The notes beneath the pieces are model-generated. The model was not told the origin of the DNA and searched no databases. It saw only the letters and a program-made list of their open reading frames with translations. Both the position numbers and the translations under genes were made by a program. From Toensbergia leucococca (Eukaryota), in assembly GCA_022813965.1 (NCBI GenBank), contig JALDZS010000078.1, forward strand, positions 1 through 64,000: a DNA stretch of 64,000 nt. Reading direction: 5' to 3'. This document shows positions 27,143 through 38,821 of the stretch, piece by piece (within the stretch, counting starts at the first letter, position 1; each line of letters begins with the position of its first letter).

Positions 27143-29193
27143 CTAGAAGCCGTTGGCTTTGGTTTCGAGCACTGCTATGGCATTAGGACCGCTTTTTGGG
27201 GCGCCGTTGGTTTTGGGTATTGAGAGATGGGGCGTCGATTGTGTGGTTGAGGGGGTGGGCTCGAGGGGCATTGAGACGAGCTATTGAGTAAATTGTTGTT
27301 TTTAGTCTTCGGTCCTTGATACTAGAAAGTCAGGGTGACTCACCGATGAAGCAGCTGAGAGAAGCGCTATCAAACTCGCCTGCACGGCGTCCTCGTGAAT
27401 GCCGACTCCCCATTTTTTCTGCGCACTCCCGCTCACAGTACACTCAATGTATGTAGCTGCCTTGACATCTCTCCCGCCACCGATGGCATGTTCCTTATAG
27501 TCTGCTACATCAAGGTCAATGCCTAGTGTATGCAAGGCATTGGCCAAGGAGGAGATGGCGCCGTTGCCAACACCCTGAATATGTTGCTCGACTCCATCGA
27601 CTGCAATCACGCCGTCGAATCTCCGCTTGAGATTCTGTGTATTTTGTCTTCGACCTTTCTCTGGAGGGACGGGACTCATCGAGCGGTCGGCTGTGATATT
27701 GTAATCTACGAGGGCGAAACGAGGGTTCGTCTTCAAATGATAGGCGTCCTCGAAGAGTTCCTGAATTTCTCGCGGCAAAAGTTCTCGGCCTTGTGCATCT
27801 GCATCTTTCTGCACAATCTTCGAAAAAGCAACCTGTAAACCTCGAGGGAGATCGAGATCGAGGCTTCGCTGGATGATCCACGCAGCCCCACCTTTGCCGC
27901 TTTGGGAGTTGACTCGAATGATGGCTTCATAAGTGCGGCCAATGTCTTGAGGATCGAGCGGGAGGTAAGGCATCTGCCATGGGGATTCGCTTGTTGCATT
28001 TGCGGATTTGCGGGCTGAGAAGCCCTTTTTAATGGCGTCTTGGTGGGACCCACTGAAAGCACAGACAACGAGTTGACCGCCGTAAGGAGCACGGGGATGA
28101 ACAGGGATCTTATTACTTTCTTCAACAATCTTGATGACCGGATTTAGATCCGAGAAATCAATATTTGGGTGAATTCCTTGCGTGTAGAGATTTAGGGCTA
28201 GCGTCACAAGGTCAACGTTTCCAGTCCTCTCACCGTTGCCGAAGAGAGTGCCTTCAACGCGATCAGCTCCAGCCATTTGAGCCAACTCAGCAGCAGCAAC
28301 AGCACAACCACGATCGTTGTGGGGATGGAGAGAGACGCAGATCTTCTCACGCTCTGTCATATTTCGGCAGAAATATTCGATTTGATCGGCGTAGACATTT
28401 GGGGTGGACATTTCAACAGTAGCAGGAAGATTGAATATGATGGGTTTCGACGTCGAGGGTTCCCAGGCTGCCTTAACGGCTTCGCAAATGCGAATAACAA
28501 ATTCAGGAGACGTATCTGAAAAGGTTTCAGGGGAGAATTCGAAAGCCCATTCCGTTCCAGCTTGGGATGGGTCATCTTTTGTTATCGAGCGGGCATACTT
28601 GGTACATTTGACGGCCAGATCGATACTTTCTTCGTCGGTGAAGCCGAAAACTATGCGCTGGAAGCATTCACTCGTAGCAAGATATAAATGGAGGAGGCCT
28701 TTTTTGGCGTTTTTCAGAGAATCAACAGTCCGTCGTATGAAATCTTCCCGACATGGGGAAAGCACTTGTAGCCACACATCGTCAGGTACCACACCATGAG
28801 TTTCCACGAGGCGCCGAGTGAAGTCAAAGTCTGTCTGCGAAGCTGAAGGGAAAGATACCTCAATCTCCTTGTAACCAAGCCCGACAAGCATCTTGAAGTA
28901 GCGGAATTTGGCGTCCCCATCCTGGTTTTCTCCAGCTTAGCTCGTAATCTTCCTTTCTCGGTAGTGTTCTTGCTATGTACGCACCATTGGGTCTACCAAG
29001 GACTGATTCCCGTCTCGTAGGTCTGTCGCTAGCCATCGTGGAGGCTTTTCTATGGTCTTGGATGGCCATTGGCGATTCGGTAAATTAAGCGGTCTGAAGG
29101 TTCGATATTTCGTTGAAGGATCCTTGAGCCTTGGAGTCAGCGAGACTATTAGCAAGGCTCTACGTTATTGGCAGACATTACTAACATGGGCAT
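27143..29193 (-). CDS. LEU4: 2-isopropylmalate synthase (fungal Leu4/LeuC type)
   Basis: [11 protein letters not shown]...[109 protein letters not shown]; last exon ends ...LETKANGF*. Confidence 0.97.
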
Positions 29194-30386
29194 TCTGAAT
29201 TAGCTCGCTCGAGAGCGGCTGTGGGATCTTCAGTTTTGATAATGTTGACTCTGTCTATGAGATTGAGACTGAATGAACAGAACTTCTGCATTGAAAACTG
29301 ATAGAGATGATCAAAATATGAAACATTTTTTTATGCGTCACAAAATGCAATTTATGTGGACGGACCGCCACGTACGTACTAGGGTACTCAGGGCTTATTC
29401 TACGGGCCGCCGTTGCCGAGACCGTGACTTCTGCCCTCAGTCTTCTCAGGCTGTGCTCGTACAAATATGGAGTTCATCAAAATATAGCATACGACCTTCT
29501 GGAGCAGACCGATGACATCGGATGGAAAACACGCTCACAGAGCTATTTCAACATTCAACAGGAAATGCAGCCTTCTCATCTATTCTAGTTCTCTCACTTC
29601 TTTTTACCCTCACTCCCCTTAAAACAGGACCATACATAGCTTCACCAATCAAAGATTAAACTATTCAAATCGAACTACATGTCCTTAATTGCCATGTCAA
29701 TATCACCGCGCACTGTCAGTTAGCCCCTCAAAGTGGCTAGGGTAAAAATGTTCTCCATCAAAGCGCGAATGAACGTTTGAGTGAGAGAGCTCAAAGAAGC
29801 TCCACTTTAGATGAGCTTTACGTTCAACATATTGGCCTGCTCCCGGTCTTAGCAGCTATCTTGCTCTTCTTCAAAGCATGCGTGATAGCCACCTCTGAAG
29901 GGCGAGTCGAATTGCATCTTGCTTCATTCGTTTACTGTGAGCGTGCTTCCATGTAGATCTCCATTCATCATTGATTAGCTTCGGCAACTCAGGCTAAACG
30001 GCAGCCGCTTTTCCTTAGGAGACGTTTCTAATTAGATGAATAAGGCCTGCTAGTAATCCATTATTTGTGGGCCTCGTCTTTGTTTTTCAGCTTCCTGCGC
30101 CCAACGATGTGGAGTGCGTCAGATGCTGTGTTTGCTTCGTCAGTGTCTGTAATACTTGAGGATCAGCGAAGCAGGGATAGTGGTTGTTATAGTCTATTAT
30201 TTAGTGCATGCTTCTGAGCTATAGCTCCCCAGGTAATGAACGCAGAGAGGGTATAGTGAACGCCAGAATAATCATACGCTACAGCTGTAGACAACGTGCC
30301 AGCGCTATCCAAGCACTATCAATTTTGTCTGTCTGGCATACTTCGGCTTTCATCATAGTCATTTCTGTCCAAAAAGGCAACGCTCC

Positions 30387-31743
30387 TTAGCAGAAATAGA
30401 TTAGCAGCGCCAGAATGATCGACCACAGCATTGCTTGATCAATACTCTTGTACTTATGACCACTGCTCTTTGAGTTGATGTAGGTGGCATTCTGCAGATC
30501 TGCCATGACCTGCGACGTCACATGCCCGTATTCCGCAAGTTCGTGAAGCTCCGCAGAAAGGGTGCTGAGTATGATTGTAGAGCGACCAGGTGGACAAAAT
30601 ATGACCTGGAAACCGCCTCCGGATGGGATGATGAAGGTAGAAGTCTGATCATCAAATGCTAGGCTGTAATCAACAAACGGTACCTGCCATTGAGCTGGGG
30701 GTTTCTTTACCATAACTGTAGGCATCAGGGCACACTTTTTTGGCGTCCTGGCTATACAAACTCGGTTTGCAGACATTAGGACTATCATAGGACCCAGAAC
30801 AGCAGTCGCTTGCATGACCATATTTCGCACATGCCGAGTAACAAGGATTGAACAGAGGCCTTTGGATGCTGTCGTCGGGATATGGATAGACACCGTCTCC
30901 AGGTTTGGTTGGCGGAGATAATTGCAGATCCCAGGGACACCAGCCCTCAACATCGCTAAAAGTCTCGGATTGGTCGAGAGGAATAGGGTAGGACGCGTTG
31001 GTACCAAGATTCGCATCTGCGGTGGAGCCTTCAGCAGCCAGCAGTGAGGCAGTGCCAATGCAGACAGGGTTTGTAAGATTTGGGGGTATTTCCGTGAGTA
31101 ACGGATTACCAGACTCGGGATATAGAGAAACTATCCCAACAGGAATGTTATAGCCGTCAACCAAAGATATGTCGTAGAAAGTCTGCTGGCTAGCAGAGGA
31201 GAGAGTGAATTCAGCTAGAGTCGCTGGTGGTTGTCCCTTCGAGGACTTAGCAGAGTACTGGCGCTATAGTGGAAGGTTCTGGCATACCGAACCGGCACAG
31301 TTGATGATGCCACCGCAATCACCTGTAGTGCATGCACTTCCTCCGCCGTTGTACCCTCCATTGTTACTTGGCCCAGTACCAGCGGCATTGAAGCTACAAT
31401 TCGTCCTTGCCCAAACCCGGCCTTGCCAATCAGGGCTCACAGTGAAGTTTCGAATATTGCCAGAGGTAAGCTGGAAGCCTTGGGAGCTAGGGGGTGTCCC
31501 AGCTTGTGTAGCTATGGCTGGGTATATGATGTCCTTGCACATATTCACGATGCTTAGAGGCCTGGATTCGCCTCGCTGGCTAACATATTGGATCGGTCTG
31601 CGCTTCATGTGGTGTATGGCGTTGCCGGTGGGGAAACAGCAATATAGGAGTAACAAAACAAGGACGGTAGCAGAGGTTGGTTGGGCAGGGCGACGACGTC
31701 CATATAGGCGCGGATCTGGTGCCATCGAGGCTGTAGGGGCCAT
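30387..31743 (-). CDS. Thaumatin-like (PR-5) protein with signal peptide and hydrophobic C-terminus (two introns)
   Basis: IVNMCKDIIYPAI, WQGRVWARTNCSF, CTTGDCGGIINC, PPATLAEFTL, FYDISLVDGYNIP, YSACAKY..DCCSG, KKVCPDAYSYAFDDQTSTF, FQVIFCP; ends LWSIILALLIYFC*. Confidence 0.94.
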
Positions 31744-32235
31744 GACTGGGCAATGCAAGCAGTAGAGCGGTATTTACAGATTATAAAGAGTAATGAAGTC
31801 GAGGTCATTCCCTCCCGGAGTGCCGGAGCAGTACCGTTAAGTCATTAGGACGAGGCAGGTTTTGTTGTGTTTCAAGAAGTGATGCTTTCTCTCAAGATGG
31901 CCGGCATCTTCTACAAACAAAACGGCAAAGGTAAGTATAAAACCTGCGTTGGAGGTGAAGCAATTAAAGCCGGAGGCGCTTGGATAAGGTGAAGGTTTGG
32001 TGCCAAAACACGTTGATGCTGTTGAATGACGTTGAGTTTTAAAATCAGGGACAAGCCAAGAACGACGGAGGAATTAAATCAGTGACTTCCGATATTTTGT
32101 TTCAATACTCCGTACTCCGTACCTTATCACTACCAACAAAGCTACTAGACCAAGGCTTTTGGCGCCGTGGATAGCTTGTGTTTTACTAACGCCATGGTCA
32201 AGCCATTATCCCTAATTGAAGATGTTCAAACCAAC

Positions 32236-32753
32236 CAAGGCTTTTGATGATTGATCGACTAAATAGCGGACTATTAGTCCTAAATAGTCGATTGTTCCTC
32301 GGACTAATAGTCGACTGATTATTTTGATGATTATTTGAGGGGGGTGTTTTTGGTATGTAAACACCCCAAATGGGCCTAATTGTAGCCTGAATAGGCTTAG
32401 TTTAACCCTGGAATCTGAATTTTCGCTCCACCATTTATCGTCGCTACCAAATATTCGTCCATTTTCATAAACAACCATGGATAGCGATACTGGTTCAGAC
32501 CTATCTACTGCTCCTCTGGTATTGGAATGTTTAAAGAGTTGGTTCCGACTCGGTATATTTACAGAAGGGGATCTTCATACAGTTGTGTCAGATTTTGGTG
32601 ACGGTGAGGGTTAACAGGCGTGGACTAATAGTCTTAATAGTCGGACTATTAGTCGACTGATTCTTGGTTCAGAATCGACTACAGACAAATAGTCTGACTG
32701 TTAAATAGTCGATTTACCCTCAGGACTAATAGTCTGGACTATCAAAAGCCTTG
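32236..32753. mobile_element. Non-autonomous hAT-type DNA transposon (MITE), 518 bp
   Basis: 13-bp TIRs CAAGGCTTTTGAT (32236-32248) and ATCAAAAGCCTTG (32741-32753); perfect 8-bp flanking direct repeat AAACCAAC (32228-32235 and 32754-32761); arrays of subterminal GACTAATAGTC/GACTATTAGTC motifs at both ends; no transposase ORF. Confidence 0.92.
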
Positions 32754-33290
32754 AAACCAACTACCAACTGTTAGGTACCTTTAGGTAGTCAATTACTTAA
32801 GTAATGTTACGGGCGATGATTGTCGTAATCAATTCCTTTACTCTAATTAAGGGAGAATGAGTAGTTTGGGAAGTGCGAATTGTATGGCCACTATTAAATA
32901 GTAAGTCGAGAGATAAGGTCAGTATCATTTCGGGATCACTTCGGTCTCCCTTATAGAAGTCGAAATGCCCATCGTTCGAGTGGAGAGGTAGGTGTCATCA
33001 AACCACTGCCGAAGACAACTTGAGGGCTAATGCAGCACTGAGGAGGGTTTGATATGCTGTTGTAAGAGGCTCGAGTCACGATGAGAAGAATTTGTATAGA
33101 TAAACAGGTTATATAGATGATGATACCTCAAGGAAAAAATCTCATGTGGAGTCTCATTAGCCCATGCAATCGTTGGTATAATCGACAAACGCCCCCCATG
33201 AACCTGATGTGGGAAACGAGTAAAGAAAACACAGATCAATATGTACAAATCACTCTCAATGTGCAAGCCATTCGCTCATATCTCCCGGAT

Positions 33291-34772
33291 CTAAATGGAA
33301 ACCTCGAGCTCACTCGAGTACATTCCCTTCTCCTCGTGTACAACAGAAGCCCTGCGTACATCATGAGCGACATCGCCAATGGTGCCGTCCTGGTCATGGT
33401 ATCCGATCTTCGTCTCACGAAACCCGTCCAGCTCTTTTGCGCAAAGAGTGTTGAGGTAGATGGGAAAAGCGAAAGCGACGAGGAAGCCAACTAGCGGAAC
33501 AACCATAGCGATATGGTAAGACTTGTGATCGGCGACTAGACCGGTCAACCCTGGGAAGAGCGCACCACCACAAACCGAGGCCACGACCCAGGAAGAGCCA
33601 CGCTTGGTGTGTCGGCCCAGTCCGCGGATGGAGAGAGTGAAGATAGTGGGGAAGATGGCGGACTCAAAGAAGAGGACGAGCGAGAGGACGGCGATCCCTC
33701 CTTCGCCATAGGTACCCATAGCTGCGGCGATGAAAATCATTATCATGGTCATGAAGCACATGAGGATCCAACGGGGCTTAATGAACATCATTGCACCAGC
33801 AGCAGCAAATCGACCAAGGGCGAATAAACCCTGGCCGATGGCGTAACGATCGGATCCCTGTGACTCAGTGATTTTCGCGCTTTCAACCGAGTACTTGATA
33901 AATTGCGAGGCAACACCGACTTGAGCCCCCACGTAGCAAAACTGAGCGGCAACACCAAAGAAGAGCTTATACTGCCTGCGCATAGGCTTATCAACGTAGC
34001 CGGTAAGACCAGAGCACTGCTCGGCTTGCAAGGCCATGTCGGCATCAGTGACTTCAGGGATTGGAGAGAAATAGAAAACAACAGCCAGGCAGAAGACAAA
34101 GGCGGCGATGCCGAGGTAAGTCCATTGCACGTTAGTGAGATCATTCGGGTCCGTGTTTTTGAAAAACACACGCGAGGCCAAAAGAGGTGCCATGACGGAG
34201 CCAATAGCCTGGAAGGATTGGGAGAGCTCAAGACGAAATTCGGAAAGTCTGGGAGGGCCGCAAGTAGCGATGAACGGGTTTGCGGAAGTCTCGAGGGTCG
34301 AGAGCCCGGAGCCGACGATGAAGAGAGAGCCGCAGAAGCCGCCAAATGATCTGTAGACTGCAGAGGGCCAGAACATCAAAGCACCGACACCGTAGATGCA
34401 AAGCCCAGTAATGAATGTCCATCTATAGCCAAACTTGCGAACAATCCAGCCAGAGTAAGTGGGCGGACCGATGAGATAGGCGCCGAAGTAGGCACCCTGG
34501 AGACCGCCAGCTTTAGCAGCAGTGATGTCGAGAGAGGTTTGAAACTTGGCATTCAAAACATCGAGGAGACCATAAGCAAATCCCCACAAGAAGAAGAGAA
34601 TCGTAACGAGTGTTATAGGGAGGATAGACTGCCTAACGGTCAGAGCTGAAGCGCCAGTGAGGCCTTTGTTCGTAACGCTCTTTCGGTGTAGGTGGTTCAT
34701 TGCGTCGACATTTGATGGCCGGCGCTGGTCCAAGACCTCTGATATTTCAGGTTCTTCACTTCTTCCAAACAT
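33291..34772 (-). CDS. MFS sugar transporter, FucP / glucose-galactose permease family (intronless)
   Basis: LVTILFFLWGFAYGLLDVLN, LQGAYFGAY, GLSTLETSANPFI, SQSFQAIGSV, AQFCYVGAQV, FFESAIFPTIFTL, about 12 TM helices. The first ATG is at 34772; the ORF track starts at an upstream TTG. Confidence 0.94.
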   Translation of the reverse strand: MFGRSEEPEISEVLDQRRPSNVDAMNHLHRKSVTNKGLTGASALTVRQSILPITLVTILFFLWGFAYGLLDVLNAKFQTSLDITAAKAGGLQGAYFGAYLIGPPTYSGWIVRKFGYRWTFITGLCIYGVGALMFWPSAVYRSFGGFCGSLFIVGSGLSTLETSANPFIATCGPPRLSEFRLELSQSFQAIGSVMAPLLASRVFFKNTDPNDLTNVQWTYLGIAAFVFCLAVVFYFSPIPEVTDADMALQAEQCSGLTGYVDKPMRRQYKLFFGVAAQFCYVGAQVGVASQFIKYSVESAKITESQGSDRYAIGQGLFALGRFAAAGAMMFIKPRWILMCFMTMIMIFIAAAMGTYGEGGIAVLSLVLFFESAIFPTIFTLSIRGLGRHTKRGSSWVVASVCGGALFPGLTGLVADHKSYHIAMVVPLVGFLVAFAFPIYLNTLCAKELDGFRETKIGYHDQDGTIGDVAHDVRRASVVHEEKGMYSSELEVSI

Positions 34773-37396
34773 TCTGGCGATTAACGACTCAATGGAATAC
34801 AGGAGATGTGGAGGCAAAGTGGATTGATTCTGAGTCTGATGCTTGATGGTCCTGTGAAGACCTGGAGTAAGCTCGGAGTAGATGAGGCTTGATTTGATGG
34901 TTCTTCAAATTAATAGAGAAAGGGAAGGAGGTACATATAGTATTTCCAAAGCACAAGATTCGGCGACATAGGCTAATGGAAATATAGAAAGGTTCTAGAA
35001 GAATATAAGGTTGTTCTTCGAAGCTCTTTTAGTTGGCTCTAGGCCCTGGTGGATTTCTTGGGGAAATCATTAGCTTGCTTGCAGGGTTGGGTTGCATCAT
35101 TCGAAGGCATGTTTTAATGCAGATTTTAGCGTGCCTTGAAGGGCCGAGACAAGCAGAAGAGAGAGAGGTTACACAGTACTGTGCGAATACTTCAGTCAGG
35201 TACGATATCGTTGATGAATGTTTGAACACGATACATGTAATATGTACTGAATTGCATAGCGATGAATATCCAGTGACCATGAAAGACGTTGAAGAGATCA
35301 GGTTAAGCACCGTATAAATTGGACTGTAAATGCACCATCAAGAAGGCTTGGTATTACCTACACCGTCGTCAATAATCTACGTAAATGAGGCGGTGATTGC
35401 ACAAGTGAGTCCAACGACAAGAGTCATTGGTCCCAATCCTATGCCGGATAATTTAGCCCTAAACTTTCGAAGCATATCATCCTGTCAGTAAGATTGCTGC
35501 CAAGCGAGCTAAATACAGCCTAAATACCTGAGTGGAAACCTGGGGTTGTATCCCAACGATTTGCTGGAGTGTTCACGATGTCCAGCTAGACTGGTGTGCC
35601 CCCCGCATTTGCTATTTAGCGCATTGAGCAGACATTCTGGCGTCGTCCCCTGCCCTTTACTCGGGGAAACTTCGGCAATATTCTCGCCCTTGTAGTGGAT
35701 GCAGTCGTACGATATTGATGTTCTAGACTTGATGTGACCACATTCTTAGACGTTGAATAAACCCACGCTACGGGTTATTGACTGCAAGTTGCGCTCTGTG
35801 CGCAGCTTGGTAGAAGTTGATCCTGCTAGTGTGCATATTATAGGATCGCTTTATTATGCCGGATCATCAGCCGTAAACCCAAGAGGGCACGGAACTCTTG
35901 TCGAAATCGAAACCCTATGGATTTCATTCAATCGCCACTCGATAATCGAATCCTATCGAGCCTTTAGCCGCTGCTTGCACGAAGATTGGCTCCCAGCACT
36001 TGCTACGGGAAGTCAATCGCTGACACCAGGGAGGCAACGCGTGAAGTTTTGCACCAGCTCATTGTAGATGAAACGTCGAGACCCGCCCCAGCATTGGCCT
36101 ATATATCAAGCTTCATATTCTCTCTACTGCGGGTACGTTAGATTCGAATCTAGAAGCTTTGAATTATAGAAAGAAGTACGATAGACGGAGACCAAAGAAA
36201 GCACTTGAATTGCTAATCGGAAGTGGAATTTAGATGAAGAGGTAGTCCAGACAATGCAGCACAATGAGATTCCAGCTGAATTAAGTCGTATTCACCTCAG
36301 TGGTACCGCAGATGATCGGAGAGACAGTGAAGGCCAGAAACACCAGTAGGATCTTACTTATCGTTTGACTAAAGAGGCAGTGCGGACAAAGGTCATGAAA
36401 TACCTCTCGTAAGCCTTACATTGAAAGTACATTCTTCTTCTATTCTGCCATATTGTTCAGTGTAATTAGCACGGGTCGGCCACCACGAGAGATGCGGATA
36501 CTGAGGGGTTCCCGCTGCCTAGAGAGGTCAGATGAGGTGGAACTGGTCTCGGAATTTGACAAATCTTCAGGCTCTGAATCAGATTAAAAAGGTTAGGAAG
36601 GTATGGAAGAGTTCGTCTCTTTTAAAATAGGTCATATATAAGTCATTGATTATAAGAGTCGAGAAAGTGAGATGGTTGGCCAGGCCGTGGCCCTCCTAAT
36701 CGTTAAATATGGGCTGCGTGGCATCTGCTTGAACGATAATACGATGGGCAGGAGTGGCCAGAAAAGGTTCGACTCCTCTGCATTTAGGTGGCCATCTGAG
36801 GCCATTGCACCTCCTTCCTGGTATATCTAGATGATGTATGTTAGCTACGTAGATAGACTGAAATCAAAAACAAACTCACGCCTAATCAGCACAAGTTGGC
36901 CAACGTGGTACACTGATTCAAGCGCCTCAAGGGAACTTCCCTAAATTGGAGTCTTTGTAAACGGTAAAAGAGATCCACCGTAACGGAGACCTCCCGCTAG
37001 AATGCAGCGAGCGTGCGATTAGTCTGGGAATTTGAAATTCCTATTGAAATGCATCTCGAATGCCCAGCTTTCGCAAATTGCAGGTTTGATAGTAAACGGT
37101 AGCTAGCCTAAAAGGCCTTAGCAACATTGGCAAGGCTGAGGACTGATGCAAAGAAGTGGTTCCTCAGGCCGACCATTCAACTACCTAATTACAACATCGT
37201 TGAATTAATTGGTATTTCTCATTGATTTTTTCGGCACCATTGAATGTCACGGAGTTATGATCTGGGGTTGGCAATGACGACTTTTGGAACCAAGCAGACA
37301 CAATGACTCCCACGGATGTCTGTGGCCGACAATGCGACTCCTACGAAATCCGATAGCCAACGTAGAAGTGCCACCTAAGAAGCAATGCACAATCCT

Positions 37397-38301
37397 CTAA
37401 ACCTTCATCTCCGTCAACCCATATTTCCACACGGTAACATACGGAGTAATGCCATCTTCGCGGTAGTTTAATAGGACAACCCTATAATCAGATGTCAGTC
37501 ACGATAGATTCCGCTTGTCATAAGGCAATCAAGATTGTATGTTCTTACATTCCGTCAACATCCATAGACTCGCCCACATAAAAGTCGAAATCCTTGAAAT
37601 TAGGAACAATTTTCTTGGTGTAGTAACTCGAGGCTCCAACCTGGAACTTCTTAACCGTAGCTTCATCGGCGCCATTTTCCTTCAGTTTTTCGACGACTTT
37701 CTTCATGTATGCTATTTTGAAACCCAGATTTAGGACTCGAGACCTGGGTGGCGACGATGACATAACGGAGTGAAGGATAAGGCGTACGTACTTTTCAGTT
37801 GAGAGAAATATTCCTTCTTTGTCCCAAAAGCCCGGCTCCCCGATTCTTCATCTCCTAGGAAGTTCAAACGGAAAGCGTCTACCACGTCAATGACTTGCTT
37901 GGCCCCTTCTTCGAGGGCTTCTTCTTGTTCTTCTGCTGACGGATTTGCGCCGATGTCTAGAAGATTGACACCAATCAGCAGTCCGGTCGCATAATAGCCA
38001 TGACCTTCATTCCACGCAAATTAAGCCCAAGAGCTGTACAGTATTGACTGACCAACATTGTCGACACCCCTGGTGACTTTTTTGCAGTCGATTTCGTAGA
38101 CAGCGTCATCAATTTCCTTGAGCTCCCAGGTGTCGGAGATAATCTCATCACCTGTGACGATATCCTATACAGCAGTTGCTACTCAGCGACAATAAAATCA
38201 TTTCTCATAATGTACAAGCAGGTGGAGACAGCTGTCCCATGGCCTTCGAATCGCAACGCGGGAAAGTCCTTCTCGCGCTTACTAACCTTGTAGATGATCA
38301 T
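37397..38301 (-). CDS. TMA19: Translationally controlled tumour protein (TCTP/Tma19/Mmi1), multi-exon
   Basis: [17 protein letters not shown]...IGANPSAEE...[10 protein letters not shown]...[12 protein letters not shown]...[45 protein letters not shown]. Confidence 0.96.
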
Positions 38302-38821
38302 GGTCGTGTCCGCGTCAGAGAGATCTAAAAAATAAAATGTAATTAAATGTAAAGGCAGAGTAAGAGACCAGGAAGGAGTGTTACGCGGAGAGGATCAAGG
38401 CAGGACGTGAGAGAAGAAAGAATTTCCAAGTGGGGGTTAACTAGTGCCGGAGATGGAAGAACTAGAGCAACCGACAAGGCTAAGCGACCGGTGTCCGTGC
38501 CGCCCCAGCCTCTCGGTCCCGGGTTGGTGGCAAATTAATGAAACCTCAATCCTACCGTCCTGTGTAGTTCTCCATCCCTTTCCTTCCTTCTCTTTTGTTC
38601 TCTTTCACTTAACGACCCCAAAAACCTTTAGATCCATCACTTTTCTTTCTCTCATCAGAGCGTGTTAGGCTTGTTTACGGTCCAGTTTTCGGAGTAAAGT
38701 CACACGACTTTGCTGCGAAGGCCCCTAATTTGTCACGCTCTAAGAGAGGCCACGCTGAGAGCTGCCAGTTGTGTGACTTACCAGGCTGAGTTCTCATCTC
38801 AAACCTCTTCAGACTTCCATA

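Noticed and set aside
29240..29430. Gcn4/CpcA and Leu3/LeuB sites upstream of LEU4
   Set aside because: Only partial matches (TGACTC, TGACGCA, scattered CCG/CGG triplets); no full TGACTCA or CCG-N4-CGG seen.
29486..29560. CATACGACC resembling the 5' end of fungal 5S rRNA
   Set aside because: Similarity stops after about 9 nt; no 5S internal motifs follow.
32250..32745. GACTAATAGTC arrays as a possible CRISPR-like repeat
   Set aside because: Eukaryotic DNA, irregular spacing, no unique spacers; fully explained as subterminal repeats of the hAT MITE.
36760..36785. AGGTTCGACTCCT resembling a tRNA T-arm / B-box
   Set aside because: The stem is incomplete, and no acceptor stem, D-arm or anticodon arm can be folded upstream.
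38167..38286. snoRNA in TCTP intron 1
   Set aside because: No properly placed C box (RUGAUGA) and D box with a terminal stem, and no H/ACA structure recognised.
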